DNA of 63,282 bases, filler included, from Dicyema japonicum (lineage: Eukaryota; Animalia; Dicyemida): assembly GCA_011109175.1 (NCBI GenBank). It is 7 parts of 7 records of this genome, joined end to end, with 100 filler letters (N's around TTAATTAATTAA, not from the genome) between each part and the next. Parts side by side here need not be neighbours in the genome. Positions count along the whole stretch, not along the records: positions 16,278 to 27,708 come from RDEW01000040.1; positions 27,809 to 44,864 come from RDEW01000176.1; 5 more parts are not named here. One strand, written 5' to 3'. A program made the translations under genes and the position numbers. This document shows, in pieces, positions 24,028 through 37,100 of this stretch (position 1 is the first letter of the stretch; every line of letters starts with the position of its first letter). Under the pieces are notes generated by a model. The model saw only the letters and a list, made by a program, of their open reading frames with translations. It did not search any database and had not been told where the DNA came from.

Positions 24028-24742
24028 AATTTGAAGTTCGTAATTGTAAATTTAAATTTTCCAATTGCAATTTGAAGTTTGTACTTGTCAATTTGAATTT
24101 TCCAATTGCATTTGAAGTTCGTACTTGTCAATTTGAATTTTCAATTGCAATTTGAAGTTTGTACTTGTCAATTTGAATTTTGCGGGTGAAATTTAAAATT
24201 TGTACTTGTCAATTTGAATTTTTCGGTTGAAATTTGAAGTTCGTAATTGTTAGTTGAATTTTTCAATTGCAATTTGAAGTTTGTACTTGTCAATTTGAAT
24301 TTTGCGGGTGAAATTTGAAGTTCGTGATTGTAAATTTTGAATTTTGCAATTGAAATTTGAAGTTTGTACTTGTCAATTTGAATTTTGCGGGTGAAATTTG
24401 AAGTTTGTGATTGTAAATTTAAATTTTCCAATTGCAATTTGAAGTTTATACTTGTCAATTTGAATTTTTCAATTGCAATTTGAAGTTTGTACTTGTCAAT
24501 TTGAATTTTCCAATTGCAATTTGAAGTTTGTACTTGTCAATTTGAATTTTTCAATTGCAATTTGAAGTTTGTACTTGTCAATTTGAAATTTTCGGTTGCA
24601 ATTTGAAGTTCGTATTTGAAAATTTGAATTTTGCAATTGCAATTTGAAGTTTGTAATTGTCAATTTGAATTTTGCGGTTGAAATTTAAAGTTTGTACTTG
24701 TAAATTTGAATTTTGCAATTGCAATTTGAAGTTTGTACTTGT
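24028..24742. repeat. Minisatellite, 41-42 bp unit built from about 21-bp halves (about 17 units)
   Basis: Recurrent AATTTGAAGTTTGTACTTGTC-AATTTGAATTTT(T/C)CAATTGC with variants. Confidence 0.95.
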
Positions 24743-26754
24743 GAAATTGACTTGAAAATGGTATAGAATCAACCGATTGTTGTCAATTGCATGATTAAAA
24801 TCAAAATTTTGATATTTTTAAAATTTTATTCAAATTTTTAATTAAGAACTGTTAAAATCTAACAAGCGGAACTCATTGCTGCCCATTTCGAGAGACCATT
24901 TTTTTCCGGTTCATTATCATTAATCTTACTTTTTACCATAGGGAACATTGAAGCGTTGTTATTTCGTATTTTTCTCCTCCACAGTGACAATTTTTCGATG
25001 ATTTTTAGCCCTACCTCCAATCAAATTCACAATCATGACTGTTGAATAAAGTACATTTTTTTGCTTAAATGCAGAGTTTTTGTAGCGAGTGCATATTTAT
25101 GAATGCCGCAGTGTTCGTAATTACATGTGGTGCTAGTTCTTTCACAATGTGACAAAACCAGAACGATGTCCTATCATAGCTGGTGACCCATAATTTTTTT
25201 TAGTCATAAAAATTAATTGACTTAAAAATCTCGTAAAAATTCCAAAATTTAAAACGAGAATAACGCGATTGCGTAATTTATGTTGTTCTTGTATAAATAA
25301 AAATTAACTAGCGTGAATTAATAAATAAATGGTCAAACCTCCTCCGGTATTTTCGGTTGTTTATTTAATAATTAGTACCTTGATCAAAATACAAGCTCTT
25401 CTCAACAAGATAATGATTACCAAGTAAAATATTTGTATTTATTATTTCTATTGGGAACACCTGAATATTTCATTGTAGGAAGATTGGAAGTTTCACTAAC
25501 TACAAGTGATTTTCTTAATTATCCGTAGATATAAGTATTGTCAGTTATATTGTAGAAACCGAGATCGACGTGATTTGGCATGATTTTATCATTAGCTATA
25601 TTCTCTTTTATCTCTAATCTTTTGATAAAATTATATATTTTTAATCAGTAAAATGTTTTTAATCCTTTTTAATATGTCTAAAATTTGTTAGATTTGTTTA
25701 AATTAACTCGATGTGTTAAATGTTAGTGAGCTTAATTGATTTGTCAATATTTTAAAAGAAATAAAGATTTGAATTTTTAATTTGCTACTTTGTGTGTATG
25801 GTTTAAAATACACTAAAACTAATTAAAATAAAACCGCAAATTCTCAAATGGTAAGAATTTGTTTGGAAAATAGATTATTAAACAATTAATATGCCATGAA
25901 CATAGGAAGATTATCGAAAATTTATTTATTTAAATAAGTGTTTCCACTTGAGCTAGCAAAATATAAAGGGAGTCAGAAAAATCTCTAAAAAATATCAAAT
26001 CGAATATTTTCAAGCATTAGAGTCGAGATTGATTAAGCATTTGACAACGAACGTAAAGGTTTATTCTATTGTTTATCAAGTTCTTTTATTAATAATGTAA
26101 TATTATTAATTAAATAAGTAATTTTGTTTAGTTTTTTGACCCAAGAAGACTCCTTTCTTTCTCTCGGTTTTTGAATACCACCGAGAAGGTGTAGTCCATT
26201 GACTCTTGCTAACTTTAAATTTGGAATACAGGATGGCCTGATTAATACTTTTAACAAAATACAATAGACTCTAAATTTGAAGTACAGTCATCAAAATGTT
26301 TAATTTTCCTCGAGATATAAGTTAATTGTGTTAATTATGAGAGTAGTCCAAAAAGCACTTGTGGCATTGTTATGTTTCTTTCTTGTGGCAGACATAATTG
26401 TAGTTATAGCAATCTATTTTTATAAAACAAAATACAAAATAAGAAAAAGTTATCTAGCTAAATTAGCTCTTATCTTAGATTTTAAAAACAGTCATAGTAG
26501 GTATGAAGTTTTGTTTCTGCGTTATAGACAGTTATACTTATGTGTTAGTTTAGCTGCGTTGACCTAAAAGGAAGGAATAATCGGGTACCGATGGTACTGT
26601 TGAGTGAGGACGTGGATAGAAGTCAGTCTAAAAAAGAACAAATGCAACATCAACTAATTCGATCTTAAAATGCAAGATAATCAATTTTGCATTGCTCTTT
26701 CTGCAGAAAAGATTAAAAAAATATCCACAGTAGATTTGTAGTCAACACTAAGTG

Positions 26755-28190
26755 CAAAACCACAGCATGGTTATTGTCCACTCTTTTCCACCTCAACTCA
26801 TCTAACAATCTTAACTCAATTTATCGCAGACGGATTTAACAATTTTAAACCTCCTCAAAGAACTATACTTGTGTCGATCGATCTTACTAAGGCTTTTGAT
26901 CGCACTTCGATACATGTTCTGAGTAATAAAATTGCTATGACTGATATTCCAACAATCCTGAAAACGTTGGCTAGCAACCTTTTTATCGGGCCGCTTAGGC
27001 CAAACAGAGGTCAAAGGATACAAGTCCTCCAAGGCTCAATGCTATTGCCAGCTAAATCAACCGCAACACTCATCACGACCAGCAAACGTGAATTCAATCA
27101 TGAACAATCACCCTTCGTATTCGGAAATCGTTTACTCATAACAAAAAAACCCCAAAATTCTGGGTGTCACTCATGATCAATCTCTGAGCTTTTCTACCCA
27201 CGTGAATACGATATGTACTGAGCCAGGCGCAAGTTGAACGCGCTACGTGCAGTCTCTGGTTATTCTTTGTGACAAGCCAAGAAGAGTTTAAAACTGATAT
27301 ACAAACAATTCATCCGAACAACAATGAACTATACCTCCCCTTGCTGGTCTCCGTGCGTCTCGCTCGAATCCCTTGAGAATTTACAACGAGTCTAAAATTT
27401 TGGACTTAGAACGATAACCGGATGTTTAAAATCTTCCCCTATTGATCACCTCCATTGGGAAACAAAAATTTTGCCCATCGATGACCATCTTGAAATGCGA
27501 GGGCTCCAATTTTTGGATGACTCCTCGGCTGCTTACCACCCGGCTCATAATCTTCGCGAATCCGCCAAAAAAGGAAAATACAAGTAGGGTGTATGTATCA
27601 TAAGAGTACCCTGTTTCCTTTGCCAAATAAAAAGCTCTTGTACTGCAGATAAAAAATAACCCGTTGGTCGAGAATCTGTTGCTAACCTCTTGGCCCCGGG
27701 TTCGATTTNNNNNNNNNNNNNNNNNNNNNNNNNNNNNNNNNNNNNNNNNNNNTTAATTAATTAANNNNNNNNNNNNNNNNNNNNNNNNNNNNNNNNNNNN
27801 NNNNNNNNAATGTACAGACGATAATAGGAGATATTGGGGTCAGGGAGGGCATGTCATTCAATAATAGGTTGATAGGTGAGGTGAAAGAGAAAAAGATACA
27901 CGATTTTGTTTCTACGAGAAACATCAGAAGACTCGAAAATAATAAAATACTACACTGGCCAATAGAACAATCAGAATCAACTCTTCCGAGGGATATCTGA
28001 GTAGACCTGCCTCGTCAACGATGTGGGCATCACCCCTATTTACTACGCGTTGACAACAAATTACCTATTTGAATGTCATGAATTAGCACTACGTTCGTCT
28101 ACAATGCCGGGACTGACCGATCTATAAGAGCGACCAACATCTGCTGCGTCCAATTTAATAGCTGCTGGCCTCCTACAAACCATTGTAATA
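26755..28190 (+). mobile_element. Degenerate Vingi/Ingi-like RT and 3' fragments (spans a contig linker)
   Basis: QHG..LTQFIADGFN..SIDLTKAFD, KILGVT, YKQFIRTTMNY, IDHLHWETK; RQRCGHHP beyond the gap. Confidence 0.75.
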
Positions 28191-28479
28191 AAAAATATTA
28201 AATAAAATAATGTCATTCCTTAATTAAGTTATTAGAAAGATGTTGTATAGCCGATTTGAGAGAAGCGACATTAACCTTCATTTGTTTAATATCATTCCCA
28301 AGGTTGACAATCGTCTCATCCACTGAATTACTATTTGGCTTATTCCAATTGTTCTTTTTTTGCTAATTTTTCCGCTTTTATGACAAGTACATTGAATTTT
28401 TCCACTTGTTCTGAATAGAGTTTGTATTGATTATCAAAAATGGCGTTTGAGAAGATAAAAGAAATATCATAGGATAACA

Positions 28480-29214
28480 CTGCGACGAGAAAACATTAAA
28501 CTATATACCGAAAAAGATGCCAGATGTCCTAGAAAAATGGTTCATCAAAATCAATACGGAAATGACGGACACAACTACCATACATTGTGAACTAACCCGA
28601 ACTGATGAAAAATGGAGATACTGTAAAAAATTAGAGGTCGTTGCTCGGAGACGCTGAGGATATCACTAACAGGTAGATGTTGGCCGTCGCGGCCTTTAGA
28701 AAAATGGGAGTAGTTGGAATCATCGTAAACAAATTAGCACACAATTACGTGTAAGACTATACAATGCCTTCGTGAAACCAGTCCTAATGTACAACGCTGC
28801 AACCTGGGGTGTCTCTGAAGCGGTAATTGACAAACTAGATGCCTTCCATCGTAAGCAACTCCGAGTGTTGATTGGCATCTACTGGCCGAAAAAAATTACA
28901 AACAAGAATCTATACAAAGTATGTAATACAAGACAATTAAGTCTGGAATCAAGATGGTGTCTGTTTTGTCACATCCTTCNGCTGCAACCTGGGGTGTCTC
29001 TGAAGCGGTAATTGACAAACTAGATGCCTTCCATCGTAAGCAACTCCGAGTGTTGATTGGCATCTACTGGCCGAAAAAAATTACAAACAAGAATCTATAC
29101 AAAGTATGTAATACAAGACAATTGAGTCTGGAATCAAGATGGTGTCTGTTTTGTCACATCCTTCAAATGAGCCAGATGAAGTTTGCTAAAATAGCTATGG
29201 ATAACTATTATTGA
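28480..29214 (+). mobile_element. RTE-type 3' fragment
   Basis: RLYNAFVKPVLMYNAATW..LDAFHRKQLR..IYWP; duplicated across a single N. Confidence 0.8.
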
Positions 29215-29239
29215 GACTTGTTTGAGTATCTAAAATAAA

Positions 29240-29507
29240 AAATAAAAGATAAAAGTCCAAAAACAGTTTCAGAACTGTGGATAATCGCTCAAAATATTTG
29301 GAACTCTATGGAAAATTAATATATACAATTATTATACAAATCCATGCTTAAAAGAATTGACGAAGTTATTTGCAATAAAGGACAAACTTCTAAATATTGA
29401 TTTTACAATTAATTTAACAAAATCTCGGATTATCTCTTTTTGAGTAAAGTGGCGGTAACATACTTATAAATTACTTGACCTTGGCGGTAACATTTGCACG
29501 GGAATGT
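29240..29507 (+). mobile_element. Tc1-like transposon right end
   Basis: LYKSMLKRIDEVICNKGQTSKY*, then a terminal repeat ending TTTGCACGGGAATG|TA. Confidence 0.7.
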
Positions 29508-30380
29508 AATAGTTAATTATCACTTGTTAATTGCTAATAATTGGCCTTAGTTAACTTTGATGTAATAGATTCTTTTTTTTGTGATGATTGACAGTGATGG
29601 ATCACTCTCACTGCTTTCGAAATATTACTGTCAGTTTAAAATGAATACGCTGGGCATACTTTATCCATAATATTGTCTATGAGATTTGCTTAGGACACTA
29701 ATTCGTTCATCAGTATATGTTTGAATTTTTTCGTTTGGCATATTTGTCTATAAAGCTTCCACACAAAAAAAAAATTTCAGAACCAACAATGTCACTCATT
29801 GATCACCAAATTAATAAAAGACCTGACAACAGAGATGAGTTTAAGATTTTAGAAACGTCTTGTTCCACTATACTTTCAACATTTGAATTCGTGGATCGAC
29901 TAGGAAATCGGATTTCGACATGCACTGGCTGCTAGGTATTTGAACGAATGTCACCCACAATCCTGGGGGACTAACCACGCAGTCAAGGCGACTAACGGTC
30001 CTCGAATTGTTTCTTTAACGTTTATTAATAAACTGTTTAACATCAAATATAGACTTTCCAAAGTGAGTCATCTTATCACAAAAGCCATGTTATCATTCTT
30101 ACCCTTATTTCTTAACCACATACATAAGATTAGCTAGCAATTTCTAAAATTCAATACTGCGACATAAAATGCCTTACATCTCCTACCTTTTCTGTCCATG
30201 GACGAAATAAAGGAAAAAGAGACATCAAATACACTAAGATTTGAATTAAAGAATGTCGGATATACAAACTTTCCGTTTTCGACTCCTGTTGCACAAATAC
30301 GAGTCTGGCTATCTCATCAGAATTGCATAATCGATTACATAAGATACGCATATAAATAAAGAAATTACGCAAATTACAAA

Positions 30381-30635
30381 ATGTATCCAGAAATCAGACA
30401 AATTACGGATGATGATATCTTTGAACTAGAAAATGATCTTTCAGTTTCTGCTATCCTCGAAAATTTGGATAGTTTACTGCCAGCACGTGAGGACAGCCGT
30501 ACAAGAAGTGTTGACATGATTTTGGAAGATAGTTTGAATTATATTGGATATCTACAAAGTGAAACTTTCGATAGACTATGTGTCCTCGAGGGTATGTATG
30601 AAAATGACATGGGAAATTCCTTTGACCCAACATAA
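30381..30635 (+). CDS. Small acidic protein with HLH-like motif lacking a basic region (Id/emc-like?)
   Basis: LENLDSLLP-loop-ILEDSLNYIGYLQ matches helix1/helix2 spacing; ATG-initiated 84-aa ORF. Confidence 0.4.
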   Translation: MYPEIRQITDDDIFELENDLSVSAILENLDSLLPAREDSRTRSVDMILEDSLNYIGYLQSETFDRLCVLEGMYENDMGNSFDPT

Positions 30636-31485
30636 CGGGAATCTCTAGAATTTGATTATTCATTTTTTCAAATTTATTCTTTAATTTTGTTTCTTCTTAA
30701 GAGACATGGGAAATTTTTTTGACCCAGCAAATAACGGGAATCAGTAGAATTTGATTTTTCATTCTTTCAAATTTTTTCCTTAATTTTGTTTCTTCTTACA
30801 ATAGCCATTGAGAGACGGTCTCGAAGCCACCCATTCTCACTCACTTCCTTGGTGGCCTTTTGGTTGAGTCGATCTGACGGACTTTAATCTCTCCAAATTG
30901 TGGATTACTGGTGATACGTGTAAGTCATCTTCATGTAATTCTTACATTCTGTCAATTTATTTTTTAATAGCAGCAAGTGCTTTCTCACACAGCTTGCTGC
31001 CCCCTGCAGTGGGGTTTTCCCTCGTCGATCATCAATTTATCTTCTTTGGTCAACAGAAATCAGTCTTCTTCCTTATCAAAAGGATTTTAGATTTCAACAA
31101 ATTCTATAAAATCGGTCTATCCAATCAATCCTTCTTGGCTTGACGAGTGACATCAGTGAACATTTCGCTGTCGAACCGGATCGTCTATAAAGGACTCATA
31201 CCAACAAAAAGAAGTTCTCCTACGATTAGTTATAATAACTGTTCCTCACTTAAATAGTGTGATCTTTTATCATTTGTGAGACAGTCTCTAGTGGGGCCAT
31301 CGACATATTAAAGGGGGGAATTGATGGAGTACCTGTAGCTCATATGGAGTACACATTAAACCATAACAATAATATTCNAGTGGTTTCGCCCGGTCTTCAG
31401 TTGGCCTGAGCAAGTCCAAGCGGCTCGAATTTGACAGGAAATCCAACAGCCTCAAGTCCCTAAGCAATAACTCCGTTGAGTACGG

Positions 31486-33075
31486 CGTGTCTTTGACTCC
31501 TTCCAGCACTCCTCCGACAGGAAAAAGCGTAAAAACCTTTCGCCTCTACCATTCTTCACATCTACACCGATGGATCGTGCAAACATCTATTCCAAGGCTG
31601 ACGGAAACCCAAATCCTCGTCGCGTCGTCATCCAATAGTGTCCCAAGTGATGTGCATGGTAATGCTCTGAGCCATGCACAACTCTCGTTCGTCGATGCAG
31701 AAGCCAGACAAGCCAGACGGTGCTGATCAAGCACATGTTTATTTCTTCTATGATCTTTAAGCATAAAACCTTGTCCAATTCTCGTTGTTTATTAGCGTTN
31801 GCGTGTCTTTGACTCCTTCCAGCACTCCTCCGGCAGGAAAGAGCGTGAAGACCTTTCGCGTCGACCATTCTTCACATCTACACCGATGGATCGTGCAAAT
31901 ATCCATTCCGAGGCGGACGGAAACCCCAATGCTCGTCGCGTCGTCGTCCAATAGTGTCCCAAGTGATGTGCATGGTAATGCTCTGAGCCAAGCTCCACTA
32001 TCGTTCGTCGATGCAGAAGCCAGACGATGCTGATCAAGCACATGTTTATCTCTTCTATGATTTTTAAGCATAAAACCTTGTTCAATTCTCGTTGTTTATT
32101 AGCTCTCGTCAGGAATTCAACACCCAATCGCGTCCAGACATCCAGAGCCATGCATACCACTGGTTCAGCGTCCGATCCGTTAATGTAGCGTAGGATCTGT
32201 CGTGTGAGACCACTGGAACATATGTCGAAGAAAGTAATACCGGGAGGGCAAGTTCTAGTGGTAAGCGTATTCCGATTCCTCCGTAGCGAAGAGGTAGTTT
32301 GCATTGGATCCAGCCAGTTTTATCAAAAGAAATGTTGAACGTTTTTTCAACGGCAGTCTTCAGCTTCTCGTCGATGACTCTTAAAAAATTCATGTCCATG
32401 AAAAATGGGGCTGTCTGTAAAAGAAAAAGTGGCATGAAGTGAAAAATCCTGAGGAATAATAAATACATGTTGGACTCCAGGGTTTTCAAATTTGATATGA
32501 ATTGTTGAAATGATGTATTTTTTCTTCCAAGAAATTTGACACATTATTGCAGTATAGAGGAAAGCCAAGAAAAATTTCGTTTTTGAGTCGGGTCACCTAG
32601 ACATCCTTATGATAAATAGAAATTGCAGTCACTGCATGGCCGAAGTCTTCCTCTCCGCAAGCAACATTAGGAGTTCACATTTATACGGGTTCAGTTTCAA
32701 CCCAAGTCTCCTCAACTGCAAGGATGGCGGACTCGACTTCCACCACAATAAGTTCCCAATTACCTCCGCGTCATCCAGGTACCATAGGTTCAAAAGTTCG
32801 CATCGTATATGCTGCACAGTCGATACCCAAGGCAAAGAGCAGGAGGCCAAGGGGATCACCTTGTTGAACTCCAGTCTTGGATTCGATGATGTGTTGCCCG
32901 AATGTCAGCGTACACGGGGAACCATATGCAAGTTTCACCATTCTGCTGATTTCCGGTATCCTGGAGATGATAGCTTCTACGATTCTATCTCTGCGAATGT
33001 TATTGAAAGCATTGCAGATGCCCAGTTTGATCATTGAGAATGCATTAACACGTGCTTTATGGTTGGTCGAATGCC
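31486..33075 (-). mobile_element. Degenerate CRE-like retrotransposon
   Basis: IKLGICNAFNN, GVQQGDPLG, LWYLDD, LPLRYGGIG, SGAWLRALP..LGTLLDD, CRC..GLHALSC. Confidence 0.85.
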
Positions 33076-33099
33076 ACGGAACTTACCATACTGGAGACA

Positions 33100-33780
33100 T
33101 TTTAAAGAAAAGAGTTATACTGCCCCTATCATACTAGGATAAACTGACAAGGACGGACTGTCTCTTTGTGGGGACTTCGAATCGAACCCCGGCCCCCTAA
33201 AAATCATGCAAATAAACATAAACGGGATCAAATGTAAGATTATCGAAAAATATCGAATTGACGTCCATCTATTATAAGAATCCAAACTCAGAAGTGCGAA
33301 CACAACTCCAAAATTTTCTGGATACTCAGTTATTCGAGAGATAGATGTGGAAAACTTGGGGGAGGCTTACTAACTATCATACGAAACGGGATCCCTTATG
33401 AAGATATTACTAAATACGCCTACAACCGCCTCCAAAAACATGAAAGTATCGAAATTCTGGTTACAAAAATCCAACTCCTAAGTTACGCCTTACTCTGATC
33501 AATTCATATCTACTTCCTTCATCATCAGCCACTTGCTCAAAACTTTCGTCGATCAGCTCACTAAGGAACGTTCTTCTTTGCGGTGACCTAAATACAAAAC
33601 ACCCGCTCTGGCTGAGAGGTTAGACGTCAAACAGGCGAGGAGACATGCTAATCGAAGACTTGGGAACCATATCAAAAGCCCGAAACTCCAAAGCTCGAGG
33701 TCCAGACAAAATTTCTACAATGGAACTAAAGCATCTAGGACCTCTTGCTCTAGATTTAATTGCTTACATATTCACAATAT
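33100..33780 (+). mobile_element. 5' portion of a second Vingi/Ingi-like element with a 2A-like motif
   Basis: SLCGDFESNPGP (33161-33196), then KIMQININGI, ESKL..TPKFSGYSVIR, GGGLLT, CGDLNTKHPLW. Confidence 0.8.
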
Positions 33781-34153
33781 TATAAATGTCGTATAGTTGA
33801 GAACCCGGGGCTATCTTTGTGTCCGGGCTGATGAGTCAAACTTATCAGTCCAAAACATGTGGTTACAGGAGTCTTAATGAAACGTGAGTGAAAAAAAGGA
33901 CTGTGACAATTGGGTTTTCTCCCATAGTTGCTGGAAGAGAAAACGAATTGGATAGAGAACATTTTAATAAAAATCCTTTTTCTGACAACTACCTTAAACC
34001 TTAAATTTGAATGATCATAACAAAATTTTAATATAAAAACGATTTAAAAAAAGATGGAAGACGATATGAGAATAACACTTACCAACATGTACTCCGCATA
34101 AGGCTGAATTTGTTAAACCAGCGAATGTCATTACAAAATACGATCCCAAGGAT

Positions 34154-37100
34154 ATGTCTAAATATACGGATGAACTAATGAAATCCGATCATTCAGAGAA
34201 CAAGACTATATTAATTACAGTGAATTCTACTATGAATGCGATTAAAATCGCAAATGTTTTACAATACTATGACCAATACGGATCTATGAGGATGAGCCAC
34301 AGAGGACCGGGCTCTTTCCGACTGGATTTCCTGGATAACTCCCATGTGGCCACCTTTATAGAGGCGGTGAATGAGACCTGCCCCTTTGGTAATGACAATC
34401 ACCATTTCAAGACAATCTCAACAAAACCGTCTGAGATTGTCTTCAGGAACCTCCCCTTCTGGGTAAAGGAGGACGACCTCTTGGACTACCTTCAGGAGAT
34501 GGCTCCCTCAGTCACGAAGGTTACCCGAATGACCAGAGGATCGCAGGCCATGCCATTGGCGAAGGCCACGATCAATATGAAGTCGGAGGCTACATCACTA
34601 ATTAGATGTGGCTTCTACATCGGGACGAACAAGATTTCTTGTGAATGGATGCGAAGAGGACCACTAATCTGCTACAGTTGTCAGCAAATCGGCCACTTTG
34701 CATACCAGTGCACGGGAAAGAAAAAATGCTTCCGTTGCGCGGAAGAACACGACACCACCAAGTGTGATGCGGATCCATCTCTTGAACGAAAATGTGTTAA
34801 CTGCGGGTCAACAAGACACGGCGCAAGATACGAAGGATGCCCTGTATTCATGGAGGCCAGACGAAAGTTAAACTCCCGAATCGACAACAGGGAACAGAAA
34901 CAGACGGATATTATAACCAAAAAATTGGAACCGTCAGCCCAAAAAAGGATAATTGGCCCAAGTACTAACAAGTACGAAGCTGCACCTCCTCCACGAGAGT
35001 CGGCCTGGCTACCGAAGGAAAAGTTATCAGGGAGTATTACAAAAGAACTAAAGGAAATAGTATCAAGACTGATGGAACTAAGTAACATACTCGGAGTGGA
35101 TTTACGCAATATGGTGGACCTGGCCATGGAGAGTCCGGGCCACCAACAAGAAAATTGAAAAGAAACTTGAAGATAGTGCTGGTGAACGCCCGATCCCTAA
35201 AGAAGAGGCGTCATGACCTGGCACTACTACTATCGTCCACCAAGATTGACATCCTGGTGGTCAACGAGACCAAAGTGAAAAAGACCAACAACAGAATGCT
35301 AGAGGGATACAATTCTATAGAAATTCCATGGGTCGAAGGTGCAGAAGCTAGTACTGGAACCACATTGTTCTACTGTGAAGTTCTACAGATACGTGAGCCA
35401 AAAATTATTATGAATACACACTTGAATTTGTTTTCATCGAGGTGAGATGCTGCGGCAGTTGGATTCACGTTGATGGAATATATTCAAAAAACCTTAGAAA
35501 GTGTTCCACAGAAATTCAAGAATTCTTCACAAGAAATGATATGTCTATCCTAGTGGGTGATCTAAATGCCAAAAACATTGAATATGGATGCCTCGGTACT
35601 AACGATGATGGAATCAGACTAAGGAAATTGAGTGATAAAACTGGATTTGAGATTTTGACATCGGAACTAAATGACACCAAATCATTACTCGCACTACGGA
35701 GAAGACATGCTTGGGGTGTTCCTGGTGTCACCACCACTCTACAATTATGTAGAAAAGCCGATGATCATGTGGGACATTGGGGGTGACCATATACCCCAAG
35801 AGATGTTATTGAACCTAGCTCCAGACTTCATGGACTCTGTGTTTACAGGTTATGACCTAACAAGAATAAACTGGAAACACTACAGAAGGTACATATCAAG
35901 AAACCTCAAAGACTGGAAGGATAAAGATTATTCCCGAAGTGATATCGACATCATAGACAATGAACTCTCTATCATGATGGAGACATACTTAATGCTTTAC
36001 GCAAGAAGGAGATCCTCAAGTACTAATTATGGAAAGAGCATCAGTCTTTCGATTTCCACATTATCTTTGATCAATGAAAGGAATCGCCTGAGGACAACTC
36101 AGAAGATGTGTGGACTGGATAGACAGTATTGCACTGACCGGACAATTGAAGATAACCAAGAAAGCCATTGAAGAAGGAACAAGACTATCTCACGAACAAT
36201 GTTTGAGCATTTTTGCCGCGTGGCGCCATGTGATGCTGGGTGGTTAAATGGCTCAAATTTTCTGTTTGCTTGTCTGTTCCTCCTCTCTCTTCCTAATAGA
36301 GTGGCGTCATGTGATCCACCTGTCTAGGTGACGCCCAGTGCCAGGCCGGCATGAAAAAGGATCATTTGCTCTTCCCCACCCCATTGGAGGGGTTTCCACA
36401 ACTGCATGTAATGGACGTCTTACCCTTTATGCTGATTCCGGATGGACTCTGTTTCTGTAGAAGTGGAAACTGGATGCACTTAATTAGTTGGTTACTTTAA
36501 CTTCTTTCTCGGTGTATCCGGGATTAATAAATAATAAATAAATAATAATAACAATGTTTGAGGGTAGAGGCAAGCAAACTAAACACCAAAGACCCCTCGT
36601 TCTGGAAGTTCTACAAAAGAATAACTAGCCAGAAAAGGAATGACATAAAAATCTCCTTGACCAAGCCAGAAGGTGGACTGTGTTCTATGGAAGAAGCCCC
36701 AATATTTTTAAGAAACTGAAGAATTTATTCAATGCAAGCATTCATCATGGCCATGTCCCAAAACGCTGGAAATCTTCCATTGTTAGAATGATACTGAATC
36801 CGGGAAAATCGAGGAGAGACCCTCTCAGCTATAGGCCAATAAAGCTCATCTGTTCGATCTCCAAGATTATCGAACGAATTATTTTCAGAAGGTTTAACGA
36901 CCACATAGAAGAGAGTGGTTTCCTCTTCGCAGAACAATGGGGCTTCAGACCTGGAAAATCATGCACGGACTGTATCTACCAGATGCATTCAACGGTATTG
37001 AAAGGTCTGGAAGTCAAAAGACTAGTCAACCTGGTATTATTTTCAGAAGGTTTAACGACCACATAGAAGAGAGTGGTTTCCTCTTCGCAGAACAATGGGG

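Noticed and set aside
24028-24742. Regularly spaced repeats (CRISPR-like, or a coding repeat)
   Set aside because: No unique spacers or cas genes, and 41/42-bp unit variation breaks any reading frame; this is an ordinary minisatellite.
27688-27708. KSNPGP on the minus strand / GGGTTCGATT B box at a gap edge
   Set aside because: Truncated by the gap and followed by a stop; too short to call as 2A or tRNA.
28797-29163. Direct tandem duplications around single Ns (also about 31486-32100, 40200-40520, 42672-42915, 44212-44563)
   Set aside because: Typical unmerged contig overlaps or haplotypes; not treated as biology.
33800-33890. CTGATGAG..GAAAC after a CCCGG/CCGGG stem (hammerhead candidate)
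   Set aside because: No stem II closing onto GAAA and no NUH cleavage triplet before stem I.
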